A DNA stretch of 63,951 nucleotides, filler included, from Licmophora abbreviata (Eukaryota): NCBI GenBank assembly GCA_900291995.1. It is 15 parts of 15 records of this genome, joined end to end, with 100 filler letters (N's around TTAATTAATTAA, not from the genome) between each part and the next. Parts side by side here need not be neighbours in the genome. Positions count along the whole stretch, not along the records: positions 1 to 25,366 come from OLMU01002146.1; 14 more parts are not named here. One strand, given 5' to 3'. How positions within the stretch are numbered: position 1 is the stretch's first letter; each line of letters starts with the position of its first letter. Under the pieces are notes generated by a model. It saw only the letters and a program-made list of their open reading frames with translations. It was not told the DNA's origin and did not search any database. Made by a program: the position numbers and the translations under genes. Below, one piece after another: positions 12,501-23,457 of this stretch.

Positions 12501-13983
12501 TTGCAACCTTTGATTCTGCCTCATTAATAGCATCCCAAAGCATCGAATTGATCGTTATCAGTTCTTCCACATTCACGTCGTCAAACTTCATTGCCTCTTC
12601 CAGTTTCGTCTGTATCTTATGCCGCTGAGATTTGCACACCTCTAGCAAATTTTGCATCATAGACACGTCCACATGCTCACTTTCACAACAGGCACGCAGT
12701 TCCCGTGCAAAGCCTTTTGCGTCTTCGACTACCTTCGGTTCAATTGAGAGCTGTTGAAGATACGATGCATCGCGTGTCTTACTGCGCTCAATGGCTGTCC
12801 GCATGTCTTCGGCTTCCTGCGTTGTCGACGAGAGCTGCGTCGTGACAAATTCTGACCTCAAGGTATCCTGTTTCAAACTAGCGTCACTCATCTCTGATGA
12901 CGCAGAGGGTTCGGTATCCCGGTCGCCCCATGACCGGTCAGCCGGTCCGCTATGAGGATCTTCGTCGTCAGCGTCTTCAAGCCGGACAGATCGGTCGGCA
13001 GGTCTTCCAAACTGAAATGCGTCCTGTGCACGATAAATTGTATTGCCACGATGGTTACCCGCTCTAGGAGATACAACCGCCTCATCTGGTGAGAAGTATC
13101 GTATCCCATGAGTACAGTCCCATCGAAAAGATTCCTCGAGTCCGAAGTTCCCCTTGACTTCACCTTTGTCGCTCATGATTCCGACAGCGGGTATGACATC
13201 ACCAGTAGCACATTTTACTCCCCGAAAGAATGCCGGTAGAAAGAGTATGTGTCCGTTCTTGGTGAAGAATATTCGATTATTTCCCTCCTCATTCGCAATC
13301 TCTACTCCACAACCAACAGTGTCTCCCGATCGAAAAGGTTCAGTCCACGACTGTCGCGGCTGTCCAGATACAAATAGGGCGCCATCGGAAGAGACCCCAA
13401 TTGAGCCAGGTAGCGCACCTGGAAAAGTGCCCCGTCGAGGAGACATTCTCACGTGGGGCGAATCAGCTGGAACCAGTCCAATGCAAACGGTTCCCGGAGA
13501 CAGAACGGTAATTTCGAAGTAGAAGGAATCGATGGATAGTGATGCGGCACCACTCGGAAGGGCGGAGGTGCTTCCTCCTATGGTATGGTTTCTAGAGGGA
13601 CCTAATCGGCGCTCGCCATCCGCGCTATGAGCGCGTTGATGTGGCGACACGGGAGACGGGAATCCATCAGTCGCAACCGGCCCCTTGTTCGCTGATATCC
13701 GTCTCAGAATATCGAATGGAATGCTCTTGTCGGCGACGACCAAGACAGGAAGATTCGTCGGACGTCGTGTGTTCCTTTTGAGATGCAATGGTCCATTCCG
13801 TCGAATGTCTTCTCCGTCATCCTGGCATTTCCAAGCACTCGGTAGATGGTTCCGAAGAGTGTCGGAGCTTCTGTCAGACGAATACCGAGACTGGGCTGGC
13901 CCTGGTAGTTGATTCCCCGCCCTATCGGTACTTTGACCGCCCCCTCGGGGAACTCTTCGAGAACTTACCCGGCGATTCATCAA
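6595..13983 (-). CDS. Three-exon 2409-aa multidomain protein: SPRY, UIM-like, GAT-like, ARM repeats, LRR, CHAT (caspase-like) protease, STAND-type P-loop NTPase
   Basis: Three minus-strand ORFs join in frame through GT-AG introns at 12211-12289 (AG|GTGAGG...CTAAT...CAACAG|G) and 11030-11109 (AG|GTAAGT...CTGAC...TGCAG|T). Exons are 12290-13983, 11110-12210 and 6595-11029, totalling 7230 nt. Motifs: FYFEITV/GDTVGCGV/IFFTKNG (SPRY), about six LxxLDLSxNx LRRs, LHFSGHG plus FVSTC (CHAT dyad), and FTGRE..VVGEQGVGRSS..LIVFD..VLLTS (STAND). Confidence 0.85.
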
Positions 13984-14604
13984 GAAATTGAGCCTTCACG
14001 ATTGGTTGCGATTCTAAGCGAGACTTGCGTTTCGGCTACTGAATCGAGTGTAAGTTCAACGTTCTGAATTTTCGATATCGGACGAGTTTTGCTGATTCTT
14101 TACTATTCCACCTGATGAGGAGCTAGATCATCAATCATGTCTTCCGTTATCCGGCAGGCTGAATTCTACGTGAGAGTCAAGCTATCACTTGGACAGCCAC
14201 CAACGACGAGTTTTGTCCTCTCCAAATTGCCCGATTGCACCCTCGGTAAAATTCACTGCATACTGGGACACCGATACCGAGATACGACAACTTGAAACTT
14301 CGCTCGCATCTTTCGTCCCTTTTTGCCCGCGCGTCTCACAATCTCTATGGTACGTCACGTCAGTGTCTTTACATGTAAGTTCAAAACGTCATAAGTGTAT
14401 CATGACGCTGCCATTTGGAATCGACGTGGATTCCTACGATAGACAAGCGTCAGCCATACAAAACATCTTGCGCATCCGATGCACCGCGTGCCGAAGACAC
14501 CGGCGATGTTTTCGGTTTGTTCCTTGGCTTCCTCGGGCGGCTGGCGGCTTGCAAGATTATTACAATAACAATTAGGCAATGGAGTCAAAAAGACCGTCTC
14601 GGCC

Positions 14605-16697
14605 ATGATACGCTCTCTACCTCTCCTGCTGCTCATCGCCCCAGGGTCTGAGGCCCTGGTGAGCCCATGGCCGACCCCTGGCTTCTCCAGGACACGAGCG
14701 GCTCTACAAAATCAGCACAGTTTGGCAAAAACTGACATGGATTCGGTGTCCGACACAACAACCAAGAAATGGCTGGAAGACCAGTTTGAATCGCACAACG
14801 GAGCCCCAGCATCGCTTCTTTCGTCGATTGATCAATCTTGTATCGTTGGTCCCAAACAAGCTATCATCTACGATACCACGTTGCGAGACGGAACACAGGG
14901 AGAGTCAGTATCGGCCTCGTGCGATGACAAGCTCAAAATTACACGCAGGTTATCTCAATTCGGAGTCGACTATATCGAAGCTGGGTGGCCCGGAAGCAAC
15001 CCTAAGGATGCTGAATTCTTTGATCGGGCTAAGACGGAGCTATCTGAAGAGGAAAAGAGTAAATTAGTGGCTTTTGGGTCCACGCGACGCAAGGGAGTTG
15101 CTGCCGGAGACGATCCACAAATTGCGGCCTTGGTGGGGTCCAACGCGCCCACTATCTGCATGGTAGCCAAGGGACACAAGTGGCAAGTTACGGATATTCT
15201 GAGAGCCACGCCGGAAGAAAATCTTGAAATGATTCGAGACTCTGTTTCATACCTATCGTCTTTACATCGACGAGTCTTCGTCGATCTGGAACACTTCTTC
15301 GACGGATACGAGCACGATGCCGAGTACGCCTTGCAGTGCTGCGAGGCTGCCGTCGATGCGGGAGCCAAGTGTTTAGTCTTGTGTGATACGAATGGTGGCA
15401 GCATGCCCTGGCAAGTACAGGACATTACCAGACGAGTCGTACGCCACTTCAACGGATACCCCGTGACGGTCGGCATTCATGCACACAACGACTGTGGCAT
15501 GGCCGTCGCGAACTCAGTCACCGCCACCAAAGCAGGCGCTGGTATGATTCAAGGAACCATCAATGGGCTCGGTGAGCGGACTGGAAATGCGGATTTGTGC
15601 AGCATCGTCCCATCCTTGGCTCTTCACGTTGGAAGTACTATGACGTGCCAAAACAATCTCAAGGGCCTAACAAAGCTTTCGCGCTTTGTTGATGAAATAT
15701 TGAACCGCACACCAAATTCAGCGGCGCCATTCGTGGGGGCGTCAGCCTTTGCACACAAGGGAGGACTGCACGTGGCAGCCATGGAACGTTCTCCGATGTC
15801 ATATCAGCATGTCGAACCTGCAGATGTGGGCAACGAGAAGCGTGTCTTGGTCAGTGAGCTGAGCGGACGGCAAAACATCATGGGTAAGATCAAGGAGGTG
15901 GGAGTGGACATGGATGATGCGAGTGAACGTGCGACAGCCATTTTAAATCGCGTGAAAAGGCTCGAAGCCAAGGGATACACGTTTGAAGGGGCGGAGGCGT
16001 CGGTGCATCTAATGATTTTGCATGCTACGCGAGGTTACTGTTCGCCGTTCCGGGTCTTAGACTACTCTGCCCAAGTGTATGATTCCAACATTGATAGCGC
16101 CTCTCGTGTCCTTGATAAAGATCGAAGAAAGAACGGACTTGGTGGAGTCGGTAATGCTGCTGAATACCAAGACGGGGTCGCTGGGCGCCCGTTTGGACCG
16201 ACAGCTAGAGCAACGGTGAATGTTCGCACTTTGAACTTGGAGGGGGTGAGTCTGAGGCGAGACGGTTGTACGAGACATATTTCGATATGACACTGGGCCT
16301 AATGATACTTTCCTTTTCTCCTTCATAGGTGTCCGGCGGCCTTGAAGAGCCGCTCATGTACACTGATCGGCTGGAAGTTAGCGATGGGAATGGTCCGGTC
16401 GATGCTCTGGCGTCGGCTCTCAAGAGAGCTCTCGTGCCTTCTCACCCTCATTTGATGAACTTGGAGCTTGTTGACTACAAAGTTCGCATTCTGGATCCTG
16501 AGTCTGCGACCGAGGCTGCCACCCGCGTCATGATTGAGTTTCACGATAAGGAGACGGACCAAAACTGGACGACCGTTAGTGTCGACCGCAACGTGATTAG
16601 CGCCAGTCTCAATGCCCTGGTGGATGGCTATGAATTCGCTCTCATTGAACATGCCGAAGGTTGCTCTGTTTTCGGTGACGAGGATGAGCTCAACTAA
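14605..16697 (+). CDS. cimA: Citramalate synthase (bacterial CimA-type, IPMS family), plastid-targeted, two exons
   Basis: Motifs IYDTTLRDGTQGE, IEAGWPGSNPKD, AFGSTRR, EHFFDGY, HAHND, GERTGNA and SAFAHKGGLH. A phase-0 intron at 16246-16328 (GTGAGT...CTAAT...CATAG) joins the regulatory domain GNGPVDAL/LVDYKVRIL. The N-terminal signal peptide ends in SEA-L. Confidence 0.85.
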
Positions 16698-16934
16698 AAG
16701 ACGTCGGTGTCGGCATACGTACGAGTATGTAAGACATGTCGTAACCACGTTGAGGGTAGTGGCAGCACTCTGGCCGTATTTATCACGTTTAGGCATGCAA
16801 CTGAGAGTATGTCTCTAGCGAGACTTGCCGTGTCGATTGATCTACCGATAGATAAAAGCCCACAAAAGTAATCGGACTTTAGTTCGTATTTGCTGGAATG
16901 GTATGCGCACAGATCATCATGAATGCACTCTTCT

Positions 16935-17756
16935 CTAGTCACCTTTGAGCTTTGCCAATGGCCGTTTGCCCTTGAAACGAATTGGAAACTTTTCAGCCAT
17001 CATGTCGTGCCACTGCTAGAGACGCGAAAGCTCCTTCATTTCCTCCTTGAGGTACGGCATGGACGGGCGGACGTCAGCATCTCCCATTGAGCCGACAAGT
17101 CGCTCAATCTGGGCAAAGACCGAAAAGTCGACAGCTGTAGGTTGGTCTCCCTGGAGAAAGTATTGTTGCGTTGCACTCTTGAGCAAGGATTGAAAACATT
17201 TTAGGTCGCCCAAGAGTAGCCTTCGCACAAGAGATTCGTCGTCCAGGTCGGAGTCGTTGAGTCCCAGTCCTGCAGCAGCCTTGATTCGGAACTTCCGTCG
17301 CTCTTCGGCGACAACATAGTCGACTATTTTCTTACGAAAGCAAGGTATGTAGAAGGGAACCAATTGTGCTAGCGTGGCCTGCATACTCCGCTCATAGCCC
17401 TCGTCATCGACCCAGTTGTAGTAGAAGACCGAGCCAGCGAGGATCTTGTCGCTGGCACGGAGGGACAGTGCACTGGCTTGCTTTGATGGAAAGAAGTTAG
17501 TGTTGCGATTTTCATCCAACCAATGGAGAATGCGTTCACTATCTTGCACAACGACTCGACCTGGCCCTGTTCCGACTGTCATTTCAGGTACCATGGTTCC
17601 ACCGCTCGGTAAGTGTCGGGTCTTCTTATTCGTGGACACAAACTGGACACAGTGTGGAATCTTACGAGCGTCCAACGCCGCCAGCACTTTCCCCGAGTAC
17701 TGGGAGCCAGGCATGACGTAGATCGTAAGAAGCTGTTCAGCAGCCGGGGATGACAT
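16935..17756 (-). CDS. Glutathione S-transferase-like (metaxin/FAX-type) protein with an in-frame TAG at 17016-17018
   Basis: Motifs SQYSGKV..AL, GGTMVP, VQDSERIL and YF..GDQPTAVDFSVF. The frame continues for 26 plausible codons past the TAG (QWHDMMAEKFPIRFKGKRP...). Confidence 0.7.
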
Positions 17757-18301
17757 GGTGAAGCTGTCTTTTCGCTGAAAGGGGAGGAGCGATCGATCAC
17801 TGAGCACCTCCAATGTGACTTTCTCCTGGATCTCTCTGTTGTGCTACTCTCAAGTGGGCTTGTGGTTGATGTTTGTGCTCGTGTCGAAGCAGCACTTTAT
17901 CGTATCATATGCGAACCACACAACCCGGACATTGATGAATGAGACGGTGTCTCAAATTTTATCGACTCCTCCGACTCCGCACTGACGCACGATGAGAGCT
18001 CACCTATGTCAGTCCATCAATGTGAGAGTGGTCGAGGCCGGTATGATACCAGGATACCTGGAGACTAGACTACGATGCTCTTATTGTGAACGTAGTCTAC
18101 CGGTGCATATACAGCACCCCATGCCACTTGCGTCGTTCTCTCTGCATATAACTGTACCGCATTTGCTTGATCGCGGAGTCATTGTGAGTGCAGGGGTCTA
18201 CTCGTAGCTAGAGGCTCGACAGTTCTGCAGATCAGGGTTTCGCTACACTGCTACACTCTGCCAAGAGATACCTTTTCTCGCACCGGTAGTTTCCCGCCAA
18301 C

Positions 18302-19465
18302 ATGTCTCGGACGGAGTGTCTATGGCTTGTTCTGCTATTGCCATTGAAACAAGCTGCATCGCTGGAGTTCAGGCATCATAGAGGAAATCACCGCGTTGCA
18401 ATGGCTTTCCGGAATGCGTCCTCCAGGAGACGCTTTGTGGGCGGTGCCGCACTGACTGTCCCACCACTTCTCTTGCAAACGAACAAAGCGAGAGCAGAAA
18501 GCGATGAAGGACAGAGGAGTACCAGTCCAATCGTACCTGGGGGAGGGCCTGTCAAGTTTCGTCCTGCAGTCGAAGGGCCCTCCTGGAATCCGCAATTCAG
18601 CCTGCAAACCAGCTTGGCAAAATCAAGGATACAAGCCTCGGAGCTGCGTCCGCTCGAACCTTCCTTGTTGCCGTTTGCCGACCAAGAGCTCTATTATGCC
18701 CCGTTCCTCTTTGGAGAATGGAATACAACGGCAACGTTAAGGCAAAAGACTTTTCCATATGGAGTTGACTTCGTCCCGTCGCAATCGTTGGTCGAAGGGT
18801 CACCGCGAAATCGTCAAGAGTCGGTGGGCGACACGACGTCTTACCAGCTACGATTCTTTTCTACTCTGGCAGACACAGTAAGTAACAAAGTGGCCGTCAA
18901 CCTAGGGACTGGAGTCCCGCAATCAAGAATCATTGCCGATCGTGCATTCGATGCTATATCTCTCAGTACGGCGTACAAGCAGCTTACGCCTGTGCAAGAT
19001 GTTGACTGGAATCCGAGCAAAGACCCGACGCGGTTGACACTCAGCTTCGGCGCTGGGCCACTCACAGAAGACATGCGTCCACTTGGACAACGCCGCGGAG
19101 AAGTATATATTACGGCACGGCAGTCAGATCAGATTGGAGATGATGTCTACTGCGTAGCAGAACGAAGTCGGTCTGTCACTCTGGCACCAGGAAACGTGAT
19201 CGTGTCCGATACCGAAACCATTACCGAATTTCGCATGGTGAGAGAGAATGATATCACAGCCATATCACGAATAGCAGTCTATTTGACTCCGAACCCTAAT
19301 TCTCGTGAGGGCGTGTTGTGGCAACAAGTCGGAGGGAAAGCCGTCGCGTTCTTCGACTATGAGATACAGATGTCTCGAAACGAACAGGAATTCATTCTGG
19401 GCGACGGACGGGCTGTTAAGCGCGCCTGTGTGCGGACGCCAAAGGATGTGGTGCAATGCGAGTAG
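18302..19465 (+). CDS. Plastid/lumen-targeted conserved hypothetical protein (DUF6816-like)
   Basis: Signal peptide and twin-Arg RRRFVG...KARA. Core motifs LYYAPFLFGEW and IADRAFD resemble a cyanobacterial/algal family. Confidence 0.55.
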   Translation: MSRTECLWLVLLLPLKQAASLEFRHHRGNHRVAMAFRNASSRRRFVGGAALTVPPLLLQTNKARAESDEGQRSTSPIVPGGGPVKFRPAVEGPSWNPQFSLQTSLAKSRIQASELRPLEPSLLPFADQELYYAPFLFGEWNTTATLRQKTFPYGVDFVPSQSLVEGSPRNRQESVGDTTSYQLRFFSTLADTVSNKVAVNLGTGVPQSRIIADRAFDAISLSTAYKQLTPVQDVDWNPSKDPTRLTLSFGAGPLTEDMRPLGQRRGEVYITARQSDQIGDDVYCVAERSRSVTLAPGNVIVSDTETITEFRMVRENDITAISRIAVYLTPNPNSREGVLWQQVGGKAVAFFDYEIQMSRNEQEFILGDGRAVKRACVRTPKDVVQCE

Positions 19466-19887
19466 GACTCTAGAGAAGGAGCTTGTAGTCTGTCCAGAGC
19501 CTCAAGGCACGCCTCGTCTTCTAGCCAGAGGAACGCATATCGCATCCATTGGCAAAGCTCAAGACTCTACGGTGTAGACGACTCTACTCGCTGACACTGC
19601 GTCATCTGAGGTTAGCTAGATGGTGTCTACTGAAGGTATTTTAATAGATGAACGTGAAGCGCTTGCTAATTCTGAAAGAGGCACACCGTGATTCGCTGTT
19701 CAATACCTCTCTACGTATGTGCATCCCATTGCTGTAGCTTTTGATACCTCTGGTACCAGGTACATTAGGCACTAAAGGTAGATTGACGTTGAACCAATGC
19801 ACTCGCACCTTCGAAATGCAAAAATACATCGGACCAGCTGAATGGCCAGAGTGGGCATCAACTCCTGTAGGATCAGAGCAACACGGC

Positions 19888-22800
19888 TTAGGGGGTATGG
19901 TTGCTCTTTGACCGTCTAGAGTGGCAAGAAGAAAGAGCGACTTTCGAATGGTGAACAAGATGCTCAAAAGGCGAATCTGCTATCTCAGCCAAGCACATCT
20001 GAAGCAGAATGGCTCCCATCTCCTTCTCTTGGGAAATGCTTATTTCTTGGCTTGTCAAAGAGTCCGCGAGACGGCTGGCGTACGACTGCGACCTGAGTAC
20101 GTCCAGGAATCGCTTAAGTATCAAATCGATCGCCGACTGCTTCACAGAGGCAAACGTGCGAGAAATCACATTGTCATTTCGGCCCTTGTTCTCCCACGAG
20201 TGCTTGGCACATTCGCCCCTCCGGGGGCGGGCCTCTATGGCAGGTCCAGTTCCCAACGAGCTCAATTGATGACAAACTGCAAGACTATCCAGCGCATTAT
20301 TGGCCGACAACAGCGTCGACGGACCATGGACGTGGTGAACACACTCTACGGTCGAAGCAGTTAGCGGGTTTGAATTCATGCCGGTCCCTTGGATAGCTGC
20401 ACAACATGACCAACAAAGGCAGAGAGTCGGATTGTTCGACAATAAACGTATTTCACACTCCTTGATGAGAGAATTGCTCAAAAACTCTTCAGCGACAACG
20501 GAGAGTTCAAGAAGATCGTTCGCAAACTCCGACCACCCAGAGCTCAGATTTACGACCAGTGACCCGTGGTAGCAGTGCTGGAGAACATAGCTGACCAGCT
20601 TTGGCGAAAGTGCAATGTGAATTTCTGGAGGAGCCATCTTCGACTTGCTCTCGGCGCCGTTCGCCATTCGAGCAAACCGGATCGCCGCAGATAGTTTCTC
20701 GCTCTTACAGGAGACAATGGACCCGTGAACTATGAATTGCTCTCTTCCGGCGATTAAAATCACTATGTCATCGTCAAGCAGCTCCCCAATCTCACGGCCT
20801 TCGTCGCATTCCATCTCCAACCGACCATTGATCCAAGGACAGAACGTGCGTCCGTAGCTTCGGACCCACGACATCTTGCAAAACTGAATACTCCAGTAAG
20901 CCAATGCAGATCGATCATGATATTCCAGCGCAGAGCTAAGCGAGCGACTCGCGGGGAAGAAATGTGGGAAAGCCGCTGCGTAGCAAAACCTTGGAGCGAT
21001 TATCCCAGATTCTAATGCAACACGACCTGTTTGGATGGAGATTGAAAGTCTAGCGATGTGTGTGTCTTTGAGAGTCACTCCAGCTTGAAACAGAACGACA
21101 GCGGACTCCAGGCAACTGGAACTATCTTCCTTCCACCCAAAGAAAAGCGACAAAAATATCGCATCTTCAGCTGCCACGTCGAACGCACGATTCTCCTGTG
21201 ACTCGATCGAGCAAAAGTATGATTCAGGTTGCTGTCGAAGCCTTGGGTCGCGTCTTCGGCGATCCCGAGCTGTCTCTCGATAACGCGTGAACGCTGATAC
21301 CAGCAATGACAGCGCAGCAGCGTCCCCTAAGCGCGCAGCGAGTCCCAGTGCTGTTGTCGGATACATAATAGATTGGTCCATGCTATCCAAGGGCAAGATG
21401 GGACTGCCCCCTGCACCCACCAATAGTCGCATGATATCGAGCCTGCCCTCGTGAGGCGATTGAAGTGCGACGGCTAGAGCTTCTTCCAAATCAAAACCTT
21501 TTACAGTTTGCACTGGATCGTTAAACTCAAGAAGCAGTTGCACCAATTCAAGTGACCCTCTTGAAACGGCCAGCTTTAGAGCGCACATGGTAGCCTCGTC
21601 ATCGTGCTTTTCGACCAGGTTCTGCACTGATTGGTGATTTCCTCGCCACATGAGCAAGCTTGTCACGACATCGATCGATCCCGCTATGACTGCACTTAGC
21701 AAGGGACTGTATCGCTCATTGTCAAGGACCCGAAGTAGCTTCGACAAGCGAGGCGGAGAACAGCAAGCAAGAAAAACTTCCACCTGTTGTATTCTGCCGG
21801 CAGCACAAGCAACGTGGAGCGGAGTCTGTCCTAGCTTGTTCTTACTAAAAAGGAGCTTATGCTGCTCATTGCCTCTTCCTTTCCAGTGCTCAAGCAAAAA
21901 GCGGGTGGTGGATATAGACGATCCTGATCGGCATGCATAATGTAAAGCTGTGTTCCCTCCGTCACGACCGGTGTCCTTATCCAGAGGCGATGCACCATAG
22001 CCAACAAGTGCCTTGGCGCAAGATTCGAATCCCAGTTGGGCAGCCAGCATGAGCGCTGTTCGGCCACGCTCATCCTTTTTTCTGACCACCGAAGGGAAGA
22101 TATCGAGGATCAGTCGCACCATGCTTGCGTTGTCGCGAAGCACCGCCAACTGTAGCGGCGACAGCTCGTCGGATACCAACAAGACAGAATCCTGGATACC
22201 GAGCGACCGACAACTCGTCCTTGCGTCCAGCTCATTGCCTTGAAGCAGAAGAGTGCGCAAAGATCTCTCGTCCTCTGCCAAGATAGCATCATGAAGCGGA
22301 TGCAGCGAAGCGGAATACACGCGTGCTGCCTCGTCGCTGGAGGAGGAATCGACGTCATCCGCCTGGCATCCAGTTGGGACTGGAGATTGTGCGTATGACG
22401 AGGATGAACCCGAGCTTATCGAAGCTTCTTCTAGACACTGTTGTCGGTCCATGGCCTTCCTTTTCTCCTTCACATGCTTCCGCTTCAGAAGGGTCCACCA
22501 TCGATCCCGTAGCTTGGTCAGATCGCGTTTATCTGAAAAATGTAAAGCTGTGGTGTCGTGTCCCCCCTCTCTAGCCGTCCAGTCTGTTGCGAACCGATGC
22601 TCGAATCAGAAGCCCCACCATGGTCGACTAAGGACTGCTGTCGTTCTCGCTTTAGAGATACCATGGCAACTTGGGATGACAAGGCGAGAGCGTCAGACTG
22701 TGAAGCCTGAACTCGCTTCCTCTCCTGTGTCATCGCGGCCATATGGGCACTCCGTGCCATGTCAGACCATTCTGAAGAAATGTGCGCGGCGTGTTCCCTC

Positions 22801-23243
22801 TGGACCGAGTCATTGCGTACTACGAGCGGAGGAAAGATTGATTCTTGCATTTGCGGTGCTCGATCTATTGACGCTTGAGATGATGTCTTTGAACTTCGAT
22901 GATTCTGGCCCCGCGGACGCCGACCCCGACGACCTTTCTTGTTTGACTCATTTTGTCTGTGAATGCCTTCAGATCTAGCTTTTGATCCCGCTTTATCCGT
23001 GTTGACTGTCTCGCCCTGCTTGCTTCCTTTTCGGTGACTTCTGTGTCCTTCGCGCCAAATAGCTTGCGGCGCTTTCCCAGTTTTGCGGTTGCGAGGCTTT
23101 TGCGAACGCTTCGAATACGATTCTTTTCGTTTCACTCGGCTGGACTCCCTGCAAGCATCTAGAAAACTGGTAGCATCCTGGAATAAACCATTTGCCTCCA
23201 ACGACGACACAAACGAGGGTGCGTCGGCCCTCAGCGTCGACAT
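19888..23243 (-). CDS. Ankyrin-repeat and BTB/POZ protein with an N-terminal PAM2-like motif; split by a probable intron or frameshift near 22533-22618
   Basis: Ankyrin repeats GRTALMLAA, GNTALHYAC, GQTPLHVAC and SPLLSAV; BTB DIVIL..GREQFIVHGSIVSCKSEKL. The upstream ORF starts MSTLRADAPSFV, and the downstream frame is open from about 22605 (KLRDRWW). Confidence 0.7.
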
Positions 23244-23457
23244 GGTCAGAATGGGGACGAACGCGATGATGCTTCGACTGAACTCTGAATTTGGAATTTG
23301 AGAATTGAGAGATTGGCAAAGAGCGCGCGCTGACAAGCGGTCGGATTCGAATCATTCGATTCGATTTCGTCCGACTTATTCGACTATTCTAAGAAACCCG
23401 GAGCTTCGTTCGATGAGACGCAGATTTAGAGCTCAGACGATCAACGTGCTCCGAACC

